Positions 9,226-18,232 of a stretch of 64,000 nt of DNA are shown here, one piece after another. The notes under the pieces are model-generated. The model had not been told where the DNA came from. It did no database searches and worked only from the letters and a program-made list of their open reading frames with translations. Source of the stretch: Syntrophomonadaceae bacterium (GTDB lineage Bacteria; Bacillota; Dethiobacteria; SKNC01). The first letter of the stretch is position 1; the number at the start of each line of letters is the position of its first letter. The translations under genes were made by a program, and so were the position numbers. Location of the stretch: positions 891-64,890 of the forward strand of contig PWJM01000053.1 of NCBI GenBank assembly GCA_003560915.1. Direction: 5' to 3'.

Positions 9226-9573
9226 ATGAAGAAATACACAATAAAACGTACTGGAGATAGTGATTTAATTTTTACGGGTGAACTTCTGGGCAGCGCTACC
9301 GGCAAACCAATGGGCTGCCAGGAAAGATTAAAGTGGATTGAGGTTGATATATATAAGACTGAAGGCGGTACATATGTTGTATCCGTTTTAAACCAGGCCC
9401 TCTGGCAGGATGAAGGTAAAGTATTTGTTTGTGAGGAACCGAAGGACATTCTGGAGGCTTTGGATATTTACAACGAGAGTGCAGGAAAAGAAAATCTGGT
9501 AAGAGCGGCAAAGCAAGCTCTGGAGGAAGCAGCAGGTAAGGACGAAGGCTTAAAGAGGGTCTTTACTAACTAA
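9226..9573 (+). CDS. Hypothetical protein, possibly EXLDI-family-like
   Basis: Good SD (AAGGAG) and ATG; contains FTGELL, IYKTEGGTYVV and EALDI. Family resemblance is from memory only. Confidence 0.6.
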   Translation: MKKYTIKRTGDSDLIFTGELLGSATGKPMGCQERLKWIEVDIYKTEGGTYVVSVLNQALWQDEGKVFVCEEPKDILEALDIYNESAGKENLVRAAKQALEEAAGKDEGLKRVFTN

Positions 9574-9610
9574 TAGCTTGAGCATCTTATATTCACACTC
9601 GTACCAAAAA

Positions 9611-9654
9611 CAAGAACAAGACAGTGTCGAATCACCGGTACTGTCTTGTTCTTG
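9611..9654. terminator. 15-bp perfect inverted repeat between convergent genes
   Basis: CAAGAACAAGACAGT-14 nt-ACTGTCTTGTTCTTG. Confidence 0.55.
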
Positions 9655-9721
9655 CTTAATATATACTTTCATGGAATTTATGACTGGCCTCAGCAAGTAG
9701 AATAAAAGATAATTCTTCTTC

Positions 9722-10552
9722 TTAAGTACTCCGCCGGGTAAAAGTTCGATAGAATAGAAACATAAACAGAGTAATGGAAGCCGTCAGGGTAATAAGAATG
9801 CTGTAATAAATTTGGGGTGCAGCAATCCTCTTGGCAGCAATGCCGATGAAAGCCCATATGAATACCAACAGATAGGCAGAATCCTTTCGTATCAAAGTGT
9901 TCATGGCAGCCACAAAGGTTCCCACCAATATCACCAGCACCGTCCAAAAAGCATCCGGTAGGCCCCACCCCTGCCAACCTATGCTGACCAGGTAAGCAGT
10001 TACATTGGCTATGGTGGCAACAGAAATCCACCCAAAATAAACGCTGAAGGGTACATGGACAAAAAGGAACTCTTCTCGAGAAAGATTCTTCTTCCTACCC
10101 AAACGCACATAGATAACTGCCAGGGATGCAAAGATGAGGAGCATGATGATGAGGGAAAGCCCTATCTGCCTGTAATGCCAGGCAAAGATCCAAACCATGT
10201 TGAAAATAGAAGATGCAGCAAAAAAGATAGATACTTTTTTTAATATACCTTCTGGCACCTGACTTCTACTCAATAGGCCCCTTGCCTGATAAACCACAAA
10301 CGCTCCAAGGAGTAAGTAAATAACAGCCCAAATCGAAAATGTGAATCCCGCAGGGGCAAAAAGATCCGGGTAGGAATCTGATACCTCTCCCGTAGTAATA
10401 CCATTAATAGGCAGGATATTTGCCAGGGCATTTACGGTAACCATACCGATAAAGGTGGCAATGTTGGCTATCTGTAATGATTTTAGATCAATTTTCAGAA
10501 TGAACACCTCCAGCAATTTTTTTGTGAGACACTTTTTCACACTCCTTCTCAA
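9722..10552 (-). CDS. TspO/MBR-related multi-pass membrane protein
   Basis: About 7-8 hydrophobic segments, FAPAGFTFSIWAVIY motif, Trp-rich. True start is probably near 10501 (see findings). Confidence 0.7.
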   Translation of the reverse strand: MRRSVKKCLTKKLLEVFILKIDLKSLQIANIATFIGMVTVNALANILPINGITTGEVSDSYPDLFAPAGFTFSIWAVIYLLLGAFVVYQARGLLSRSQVPEGILKKVSIFFAASSIFNMVWIFAWHYRQIGLSLIIMLLIFASLAVIYVRLGRKKNLSREEFLFVHVPFSVYFGWISVATIANVTAYLVSIGWQGWGLPDAFWTVLVILVGTFVAAMNTLIRKDSAYLLVFIWAFIGIAAKRIAAPQIYYSILITLTASITLFMFLFYRTFTRRST

Positions 10553-10874
10553 CTATATATTGACCAAAATCTTCTTATCCCCAACCAAAATAGAATTTTG
10601 TAAAGTGTGATATTCTTATTTCGGTATAGAGTAATTATTTTCCTGTTATTTTTTGTATAATTTTTGTTTACAAAAAACTTATGAAAAAAATTTCCTCTGA
10701 AGGACCTACAGTAAAAGGGGCCACCACTTTAGAAGATTTTCATTCTACCTTTTCTAACGTTTATTTTTTAACGATAATTAGTATTAAGTTAAATTAAATA
10801 TTATTATCTGAATTAGTAAATACTGGTATACTATTATCAGAATTTGTAATAATTTGAAAGGGGAGGGAAAACAA

Positions 10875-11114
10875 ATGAAGTCTACAGGAATCGTAAGAAA
10901 AGTTGATGATCTTGGAAGGGTTGTTATCCCTATTGAATTAAGAAGAACCCTGGGGATTCAAGAAAAAGATGCTCTGGAGATATTCGTGGATTCAGAAAGA
11001 ATTGTTTTTAAGAAATATGAACCGGCCTGTATCTTTTGTGGAAGCGCTGATGAAATAGTGGATTATAAAAACAAGCGGATCTGCAGACAGTGCTTAAAAG
11101 ATTTAAAAAATTAG
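10875..11114 (+). CDS. abrB: AbrB/MazE/SpoVT-family regulator with C-terminal CxxC pairs
   Basis: MKSTGIVRKVDDLGRVVIPIELRR...CIFC...CRQC; ATG at 10875 after GGGAGGG. Confidence 0.9.
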   Translation: MKSTGIVRKVDDLGRVVIPIELRRTLGIQEKDALEIFVDSERIVFKKYEPACIFCGSADEIVDYKNKRICRQCLKDLKN

Positions 11115-11138
11115 AGGGGCTCCCTCTAATTTTTTTTT
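11105..11138 (+). terminator. Intrinsic terminator of abrB
   Basis: AAAAAATTAGAGGG/CCCTCTAATTTTTT hairpin followed by a U-tract. Confidence 0.7.
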
Positions 11139-11282
11139 AATAAATCTATTCCTTTGCAGGGTTTTTTTTAGTAAATCTAGAAATAAGTTCTCCTTAATTA
11201 ACGAACCTTATACATTTCATGATATCTGAACCTAAACACCGGCAGTATAAAGTTAAAAAATGATAGGAGGTAAGATGCAACC

Positions 11283-11579
11283 ATGTACGAAGAAGAAAAC
11301 AAAGTGTATCGGGAAAGGCAGATGTTAAGGTATAAACTGCTGAAGGATATTTATGAAATCTACTTTTCAACCAATGGCAATGGGAAAAAGGTCACACAAG
11401 ACCAGTTAAAGGCAGAGGAAAACCTGGCTTATAAGTATCTAAGTGATCTGGGGTTCATTGAATTTGAGCAGATTATTGACATGGAGGGGTCTGACCGCAA
11501 ATATACTATTACAGCCCACGGAATTAACTTTGTGGAAGAAGGCAAGGGCAGAAGAAAAGGAGACTTCAAGAAACCTTAA
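11283..11579 (+). CDS. Hypothetical protein, winged-helix-like
   Basis: SD AGGAGGT; pattern LAYKYLSDLGFIE...YTITAHGINFVE resembles a winged-helix wing. Confidence 0.6.
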   Translation: MYEEENKVYRERQMLRYKLLKDIYEIYFSTNGNGKKVTQDQLKAEENLAYKYLSDLGFIEFEQIIDMEGSDRKYTITAHGINFVEEGKGRRKGDFKKP

Positions 11580-11639
11580 CCTTGAAAATAAACTAGAGGA
11601 TCTGAATAATAGTCGTCTGTACGGGAAGGATTATCCATT

Positions 11640-12440
11640 ATGGAAAGAAAATGTAATACTTCACCAAAACCCGGTAAACGATGCAACCATTTGGATGGAA
11701 AAACATGGATTCGCTACAGTATTAGCGTTTGGGATGATGTCAGTAAAACGAAAGAAGAAGTAAGGTTAAAGCACCCGGCCATGTTTCCTACAGCCCTGGT
11801 GGAACGGCTTTTGATGACTTTCTCCCGGGAAGAAGGTACGATTATTGACCCGTTTATGGGTAGCGGCAGCACTCTGGTGGCTTCGGTAAAGAATAATAGA
11901 ATAGCTATTGGATTAGACATATCCGAAGGGTATATCCAAATTGCAAAGAGCAGACTTAAGAATTTTGATTCTCCCAACTATCGTATTATCCAGGAGGATG
12001 CCAGAAATATTATCAACCACCTGGAACCGGAATCGGTAGACCTTTGCATTACTTCTCCCCCTTACTGGAATGTGTTAAAGGAAAAAAGAAGCGCCGATAA
12101 AAAAAATATCAGAAATTATGGGGAACAAGAACAGGATCTGGGAAATATCAAGGATTACCTGAATTATTTAGATGACCTGACCTCTATCTTCTCCAATGTT
12201 AGAACCATACTAAAACCCGGTTCTCACTGCATTGTAATAGTCATGGACATCCGTAAAAGAAGTAATTTTTATCCTCTACACATGGACTTTTCCCAAAAAA
12301 TGAAAAGCCTGGGCTTCCATTTAGAAGATATTATCATTTGGGACCGGAAAAAAGAATACAATAATTTGCGTCCTTTAGGCTTCCCTTATGTTTTCAGAAT
12401 TAATAAAGTACATGAATACATTCTTATATTTAAAAAATAA
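11640..12440 (+). CDS. Amino (N4C/N6A) DNA methyltransferase, orphan
   Basis: HPAMFP, IIDPFMGSGST (motif I), ITSPPY (motif IV), HEYILIFKK. Confidence 0.85.
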   Translation: MERKCNTSPKPGKRCNHLDGKTWIRYSISVWDDVSKTKEEVRLKHPAMFPTALVERLLMTFSREEGTIIDPFMGSGSTLVASVKNNRIAIGLDISEGYIQIAKSRLKNFDSPNYRIIQEDARNIINHLEPESVDLCITSPPYWNVLKEKRSADKKNIRNYGEQEQDLGNIKDYLNYLDDLTSIFSNVRTILKPGSHCIVIVMDIRKRSNFYPLHMDFSQKMKSLGFHLEDIIIWDRKKEYNNLRPLGFPYVFRINKVHEYILIFKK

Positions 12441-12473
12441 AACCCCCCAAGGCTGAATACAAAATCAAGAAAA

Positions 12474-12504
12474 AAAATAAGCGGCAGAATCTGCCGCTTA
12501 TTTT
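12474..12504. terminator. Bidirectional intrinsic terminator (MTase / ndk)
   Basis: AAAATAAGCGGCAG-AAT-CTGCCGCTTATTTT, perfect 14-bp stem. Confidence 0.8.
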
Positions 12505-12545
12505 ATGTAATAAATTGACTATTTTCCGTTGTTGAATTTACAAAG

Positions 12546-12998
12546 CTACTCTCCGTACACCCAGTGGTTTTGGTCTTTTTTATAATTTATCAGCTCTTCG
12601 GTTTTAAAAAAGATATTAATTTCCCTTTCCGCACTCTGGGGTGAATCAGAGCCATGAATCACATTGTTACCGGTAAAAATAGCGTAATCACCTCTAATGG
12701 TGCCGGGAGCCGCCACCGATGGATTAGTTTTACCCATCATTTCTCTTGCCAGGGGAATTACCTCCAGGCCCTCCCACACCATAGCCACCACAGGACCCGA
12801 GGTAATAAATGAAACCAGCTCTTCAAAAAAAGATTTTCCTACATGCTCCTGATAATGCTCTTCTGCCATAGACCTGGATATGTAAAGCATTTTCATGGCC
12901 ACAAGTTTCAGCCCTTTTTTCTCAAATCTGCTTATTATTTCACCAACCAGGTTCCGCTGAACACCATCTGGCTTAATCATAATAAAAGTTTTTTCCAT
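12546..12998 (-). CDS. ndk: Nucleoside diphosphate kinase
   Basis: [29 protein letters not shown]; SD AAGGAGG favours the ATG at 12998. Confidence 0.97.
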   Translation of the reverse strand: MEKTFIMIKPDGVQRNLVGEIISRFEKKGLKLVAMKMLYISRSMAEEHYQEHVGKSFFEELVSFITSGPVVAMVWEGLEVIPLAREMMGKTNPSVAAPGTIRGDYAIFTGNNVIHGSDSPQSAEREINIFFKTEELINYKKDQNHWVYGE

Positions 12999-13022
12999 CA
13001 TCATACCTCCTTGGTTGTACAA

Positions 13023-13937
13023 TTAATATGTAAACAGAGGATTGTCGTCCTCAATAATTCGATTCTCTTTCTCTTTTGCCATCCTGATATCTTTGGTTAT
13101 GGAAAACAGGTGCCGGTGGGTTTCCCCGTCATAATACTTTAACCCTTTTATCTTTCTCTGTTCAAGAATATTATTTACACCGTTCTCCGTCAATTCATCG
13201 GGGTCTTTCTTTTTAGAGGCCAGGGTAAAACCCCACTGGGCGTCATAAGAAGGAATAAAGGCTGCGTAAGAACTTACATAAGGAAACACCTGGGACATGG
13301 TATTACAAATTGCCGTATGGCAGTCAATAAGGTTAATATTAAAGGACCCGGACTGCAGGGCCATGATTCCCTCAGACCTGAGTTTTTTTAAAACAATCTC
13401 ATAAAACTGCCGGGTAAACAGCAGATACGAAGGCCCATCATCCAAGGGCTCTGTTAAGTCACAAAAAATAACATCAAATATTTCCTCAGTCTCCTCAAGA
13501 TACTTCCGGGCATCCATAAAAAAAAGGTTTACACTGGGGTCTTGAAAAGCACCATCATTCCATTCCGGCAGATACTTATCGCAGAGCACTACTACGTCTC
13601 TGTCTATATCCACCATAATCACCTTTTTTACCGAGGGATGTTTTAATATTTCCCTGATCACTGCCCCCTCTCCCCCACCCACAATCATCACTCTTTCGGG
13701 GTTAGGATGCAGGACCATGGCTGGATGAATTAAGGTTTCATGATAAATATATTCATCCTTTTCGGCAGATTGAATTTTACCATCCAGTATTAAACAGCGG
13801 CCAAAAAAATCGGTTTCAACAATTTCTACCGTCTGAAACCGAGTTTTTCCGCTATAAATATATCTTGATATTCCATGCATATGAGCCTGGGTTTCAGTGG
13901 TATACTCAATAAACCATTTCCAGGTTGGTACAGACAA
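13023..13937 (-). CDS. speE: Polyamine aminopropyltransferase
   Basis: LILDGKIQSAEKDEYIYHE, IVGGGEG, VDID motifs. Confidence 0.93.
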   Translation of the reverse strand: MSVPTWKWFIEYTTETQAHMHGISRYIYSGKTRFQTVEIVETDFFGRCLILDGKIQSAEKDEYIYHETLIHPAMVLHPNPERVMIVGGGEGAVIREILKHPSVKKVIMVDIDRDVVVLCDKYLPEWNDGAFQDPSVNLFFMDARKYLEETEEIFDVIFCDLTEPLDDGPSYLLFTRQFYEIVLKKLRSEGIMALQSGSFNINLIDCHTAICNTMSQVFPYVSSYAAFIPSYDAQWGFTLASKKKDPDELTENGVNNILEQRKIKGLKYYDGETHRHLFSITKDIRMAKEKENRIIEDDNPLFTY

Positions 13938-13952
13938 AAGGATCCCCTCCCT

Positions 13953-14336
13953 TTACTGGTTAACCACCTGCTTGTGAGACACTTCAAAATCAAAAATTCC
14001 ACGCTTAACTTCATTAGCAGCCATATTTTGAGCACTAAATTTATCCTTAATATAATCACATGATACCCACGGGTCAACAGTATCCCCGCAGGTAAAGATA
14101 TCCAAAGCTGCGTAACCTAGTTCCGGCCATGTATGAATTGCCAGATGGGACTCTGATATAACCACAACCCCGCTTACCCCTTGAGGGCTAAATTTATGAA
14201 ATGCAACTTCCCGAATTTCTGCTCCAGCTTCTAAGGCAGCAGCTACCATAATGTCTTCAATTTTTTGTAGGTCGTTTAACACCTCTGGGGTACAACCATA
14301 CAATTCCGCTAAAATATGACGGCCTAAAGCGTTCAT
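13953..14336 (-). CDS. speD: S-adenosylmethionine decarboxylase proenzyme
   Basis: [31 protein letters not shown] (pyruvoyl cleavage site). Confidence 0.95.
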   Translation of the reverse strand: MNALGRHILAELYGCTPEVLNDLQKIEDIMVAAALEAGAEIREVAFHKFSPQGVSGVVVISESHLAIHTWPELGYAALDIFTCGDTVDPWVSCDYIKDKFSAQNMAANEVKRGIFDFEVSHKQVVNQ

Positions 14337-14657
14337 TTTCGTGCCTCCTTTATGTTTATTTTATAAGCCTTTTGAACGTCAAATTAAATTTTAACAGATG
14401 TACATGAAAAGTCAATGATTTTACCAAATATTTTATAGCAAAATAAAAGGAGCTCTTATTTAAAGAGCTTATGCGAAGATAGCATTGATTTTCTCTTATT
14501 ATCTCTCATTCTTTATGAACTTATGCTTATTTTTGCATAATTCATTCTAAAGATTTAATCCCTAAATCATTTAGCACCAAAATCAATCTCCCAGGTAGGC
14601 CTTCTTAACTCCCTCATCCTGCAAGAGGTTTTCTGCCGTTTTTTTACAACGATCTCC

Positions 14658-14978
14658 TTAAAAAATGTTCTTAATAAAAATAGATACTATAATGATCAAA
14701 ATTAATGCTATACCCATAATTATAATGGTATAAGTGGTGTTCCGATTTTTTCTGTAATCGGGTAATACTTCTGCATCCCTTCCGTACATTTCCTTCTCTT
14801 TGTATGGGAAAAGCCCTGATATTTGATCCGCTCTATCCCGCAGGTTATCTTCCTTATTCCAGAGTATATCCCCGGGAAGAATTTCTCCCTGTTGGGCAAG
14901 CTGCTTCACCTGATCCCAGCTGTAAGGCCCCAGATACTTTCCATCCCTGTCTATATACCACTTTGCCGCTGGATCCAT
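14658..14978 (-). CDS. GYF_2 (DUF4339) domain membrane protein
   Basis: WYIDRDGKYLGPYSWDQVKQLAQQGEILPGDILW plus a C-terminal transmembrane helix. Confidence 0.8.
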   Translation of the reverse strand: MDPAAKWYIDRDGKYLGPYSWDQVKQLAQQGEILPGDILWNKEDNLRDRADQISGLFPYKEKEMYGRDAEVLPDYRKNRNTTYTIIIMGIALILIIIVSIFIKNIF

Positions 14979-15240
14979 GAAAGCCCTCCTTTCTTTTTTA
15001 TACAGGGTAATTTTTACTCACTCACCATTTTTCGTTCCTACGCCTACAAATTATTATAAACTTTAATCCAACCTAATTGTACTAAATATACTTAACGTAT
15101 GACTGATTTGCTTAGATTATAGTCGAAAAATAGTAAATTGGGATTCTAATTTGTAAAGGGATTCTTAGGCAAGATGTAGAATAAGCCATAAATCAATCAT
15201 CATAATTCTTAATCATAATTCTAGATTTGGAGGGATTCTT

Positions 15241-16569
15241 ATTTGTGACACTATGGTAGCTCTGGGCAATTCTACAAAAGATGGTTCAGTCATCTTTGCA
15301 AAAAACAGTGACCGCCAGCCTAACGAACCTTTAATTATGATTAGAATTCCGCGGAAACAGCATGGTGAGGGTGCAAAAGTACGATGCACTTACATTGAAG
15401 TGGACCAGGTAAAAGAAACCTATGAGGTCCTGCTGCTGAAGCCCTCCTGGATGTGGGGCTGTGAGATGGGATTTAATGAGTTTGGCCTCAATATGGGTAA
15501 CGAAGCGGTATTCACCAAAGAGAAGTATGGCAAAGACAGCCTGTTAGGCATGGATATGATTCGTATCGCCCTGGAAAGATGCAGGACCAGTAATGAAGCT
15601 TTGGATCTTTTAATAGAACTTTTAGGTACTTACGGCCAGGGTGGAGACTGTGGATATGAAAAGAAATTTACCTACCATAACTCTTTTCTTATTGCCGATA
15701 AAAATTCGGCCTGGGTCCTGGAAACTGCAGGGGAATTCTGGGCCGCAGAAAAAGTCAAAGATGTCAGGAGCATTTCTAACTGCCTGACCATCGGCAGGAA
15801 CTATGATAAATGCCATCCGGAACTGGTCAGGCACGCGGTCAAAAAAAAGTGGTGTAAAAGTGAAAAGGATTTTCACTTTGCTAAATGTTATAGTAATCCT
15901 TTAGTTACTCGATTCAGCGGTTCCAAACAGAGGTTGAATGCAAGCAGAAACATCCTTGAAAAAGAAAAAGGGCAGATTACGGTTGATACCATGAAAAGAA
16001 TACTCAGATTTCACGGAGATAAAGTTAAGGGAAAACAGTTTACTAAACATTCTTTAAAAAGCGTCTGCATGCATGCAGGCTCAATTATAGGCGACCACAC
16101 TACAGGCAGTTATATCGCGATTTTGAATGAAAAACTGTGCACCTACCTAATTACAGGCAGTTCTACCCCCTGCCTTTCCATCTTTAAACCCTTCTGGCTG
16201 ACGAAGGAAGAAATCTTCTCTTTTCGAGAAGATGAAGAAGATGCTGCCATTGACTACTGGAGAAAAAGGGAACTTCTTCACAGGTATATCCTGGAAAATA
16301 AAGTTCCTAACCTGCATTCTTACTACACTGAAAGAGACCTTTTGGAAAACAGAGTTGATGAAATGTTAGCCTCCCTGGACATTGAAAGCGTGTCCGAAGG
16401 CAGGCTGCTGGAAATAATGGATTTTACATTAACCAGAGAAGAAGAACTTATCGATAAGACTATAGCTGCCGGGATAAATAGAAAAGGGAAAGTAAAAGGA
16501 AGCCCATACTTCCGGCATTACTGGAAAAAGCAGACGAAAAACTTATACAGGCCCAGGGCAAAATTCTAA
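15241..16569 (+). CDS. C69-family (secernin/dipeptidase A) Ntn cysteine peptidase
   Basis: FAKNSDRQPNEP, WMWGCEMGFNEFGL, NEAVFT. The N-terminal CDT lies upstream of the track ATG, so the start is placed at ATT 15241. Confidence 0.88.
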   Translation: MCDTMVALGNSTKDGSVIFAKNSDRQPNEPLIMIRIPRKQHGEGAKVRCTYIEVDQVKETYEVLLLKPSWMWGCEMGFNEFGLNMGNEAVFTKEKYGKDSLLGMDMIRIALERCRTSNEALDLLIELLGTYGQGGDCGYEKKFTYHNSFLIADKNSAWVLETAGEFWAAEKVKDVRSISNCLTIGRNYDKCHPELVRHAVKKKWCKSEKDFHFAKCYSNPLVTRFSGSKQRLNASRNILEKEKGQITVDTMKRILRFHGDKVKGKQFTKHSLKSVCMHAGSIIGDHTTGSYIAILNEKLCTYLITGSSTPCLSIFKPFWLTKEEIFSFREDEEDAAIDYWRKRELLHRYILENKVPNLHSYYTERDLLENRVDEMLASLDIESVSEGRLLEIMDFTLTREEELIDKTIAAGINRKGKVKGSPYFRHYWKKQTKNLYRPRAKF

Positions 16570-16686
16570 ACCCTTACTTTGAGATAGATTTAATAACATT
16601 TCTGTCTAATGACTTAACCCATAAGTTTGTTGTTGCAAGCTTATGCTTATGTGATAAAAGTCATGGAATATTAACAAATCCCACAA

Positions 16687-16719
16687 ATAAAGCCACCATT
16701 AAAAATCTGGTGGCTTTAT
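16687..16719. terminator. Intrinsic terminator between convergent peptidase and fasciclin genes
   Basis: ATAAAGCCACCA-9 nt-TGGTGGCTTTAT. Confidence 0.7.
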
Positions 16720-16872
16720 ACTCCATATTTCTTTTCAAAAAGCTACTTCCAAAAACTTCCTTGCATTACATTTGATTCTAACAATTTAGGCTATATTTCA
16801 AAGGTTGAAAACCGCTTCATTTAATAATTTATTGGTCATTAGCATAAAAAACTCAAGTTATTTCTTATAACG

Positions 16873-17907
16873 TTACTTGCGACGCTTTAAAATTGATAAT
16901 CCAGCTCCTGCAAGTATAAGGCCCATCAAAATTGAATTTGAATGGACACCGGTTTGAGGAAGATCATCCTCATCCTCTTCAGTTTCCTCTTCATCAACAA
17001 CTTCCTCTTCCAGATCCGGAACCAATACTGCATTTAAAACATGAATTACTCCGTTGGTGCATTCAATATCGGTTACAATTACTTCTGCATCATTGATGAA
17101 TACTTTTCCATCGTCCACCGTTACAGTAACATCCTGCCCCAGGAGGGTCTCTACTTCTTCTCCATCAAGACCAACAACATCAGCGGCCATAACCTTACCT
17201 GCAACCACATGATAGAGCAGGACCTTTGACAATGCATCTGTATCATCTAACAAGCCTTCAAGAACACCATTTGGCAGGGCGTCAAAAGCATCATCAGTAG
17301 GCGCAAACACGGTAAGTGGGTCATCACCTTTTAACGCATCTACCAAACCTGCTGCCTCAATAGCCGCTACCAACGTGTTGAAATCCTCATTCATAATGGC
17401 AGTTTCAAGGATATCCCATTCGGGGACTAAGACCTTGTCGATTACGTGGATTACACCGTTGGTACATTCAATATCGGTTACAATTACTTCTGCATCATTG
17501 ATGAATACTTTTCCATCGCCCACCGTTACGGTAACTTCCTGCCCCAGGAGAGTGGGGACTTCTTCTCCATCAAGGTCAACAACATCAGCGGCCATAACTT
17601 CACCTTCAACCACATGATAGAGCAGGACCTTGGCTAAGATATCCGGGTTATCCAACAGCTTCTCGAGAATGCCTTCTGGCAGAGCAGCAAAAGCTTCATC
17701 TGTGGGAGCAAAGACAGTAAAAGGGCCGTCTTCTCTTAATGCGCCTTCCAACCCGGCCGCTACAACCGCTGCTACAAGAGTATCAAAATCATCTGCGGCA
17801 ATCGCTGTGTCCACAATATCTTCTTTGTCGGGTACATCAGCAAAAACATTTATGCTCATTCCAAAAAGCATCATTAAAGCAAGACTAACTATAAGCAATT
17901 TTTTCAT
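16873..17907 (-). CDS. Secreted two-FAS1 (fasciclin) protein with LPXTG sorting signal
   Basis: Signal peptide; two FAS1 domains (TVFAPTD..F, YHVV, NGVIHV); acidic spacer; LPQTG, hydrophobic stretch and KRRK tail. Confidence 0.92.
   Translation of the reverse strand: MKKLLIVSLALMMLFGMSINVFADVPDKEDIVDTAIAADDFDTLVAAVVAAGLEGALREDGPFTVFAPTDEAFAALPEGILEKLLDNPDILAKVLLYHVVEGEVMAADVVDLDGEEVPTLLGQEVTVTVGDGKVFINDAEVIVTDIECTNGVIHVIDKVLVPEWDILETAIMNEDFNTLVAAIEAAGLVDALKGDDPLTVFAPTDDAFDALPNGVLEGLLDDTDALSKVLLYHVVAGKVMAADVVGLDGEEVETLLGQDVTVTVDDGKVFINDAEVIVTDIECTNGVIHVLNAVLVPDLEEEVVDEEETEEDEDDLPQTGVHSNSILMGLILAGAGLSILKRRK
17022..17660 (-). repeat. Intragenic tandem duplication, 405-bp period
   Basis: 17060-17113 is identical to 17465-17518 and the flanks are highly similar. 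Confidence 0.85.
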
Positions 17908-18188
17908 TTATAAAACTCCTCCCAAAATTATGTATTCATTGTCGAATACTGATAAATGATGTATGGTATCTTTTATCGCAATCCCACCCCCTTTTTTCTA
18001 AAATTACCATCAAACCCCAACCTTGTTAAATATCTTACATTTTATTATACAGTAAATATTCTTTTATAAATGTTAACATTTAATAATATTTATTATTTAA
18101 AGTATACTATCTTTTATCCGAACATTCTTTGTGAAAGAGGTTCTTCTAACCAGTAACCGACTCAGGCATATCATTAGTCTTTCTCCTG

Positions 18189-18232
18189 GAAGCCCTCACC
18201 TTTAAACTGAAAGTGTCGGTTGCGAGGTTCAC
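18189..18232 (+). mobile_element. Possible degenerate IS200/IS605- or IS607-type right end
   Basis: GAAGCCCTCACC...GGTTGCGAGGTTCAC resembles the GAAGCCC...GGT...GTTCAC subterminal hairpins that follow tnpB genes in Bacillota. Recognised from memory; no transposase is present. Confidence 0.4.

Noticed and set aside
11443-11763. 106-aa alternative-frame ORF bridging the winged-helix and methyltransferase genes
   Set aside because: It overlaps two better-supported genes and has no SD or recognisable motif.
8220-12440. Possible genomic island integrated at tRNA-Leu (Usp, orphan, TspO-like, AbrB, methyltransferase)
   Set aside because: No integrase and no duplicated tRNA 3' end seen; AbrB and Usp are ordinary chromosomal genes.
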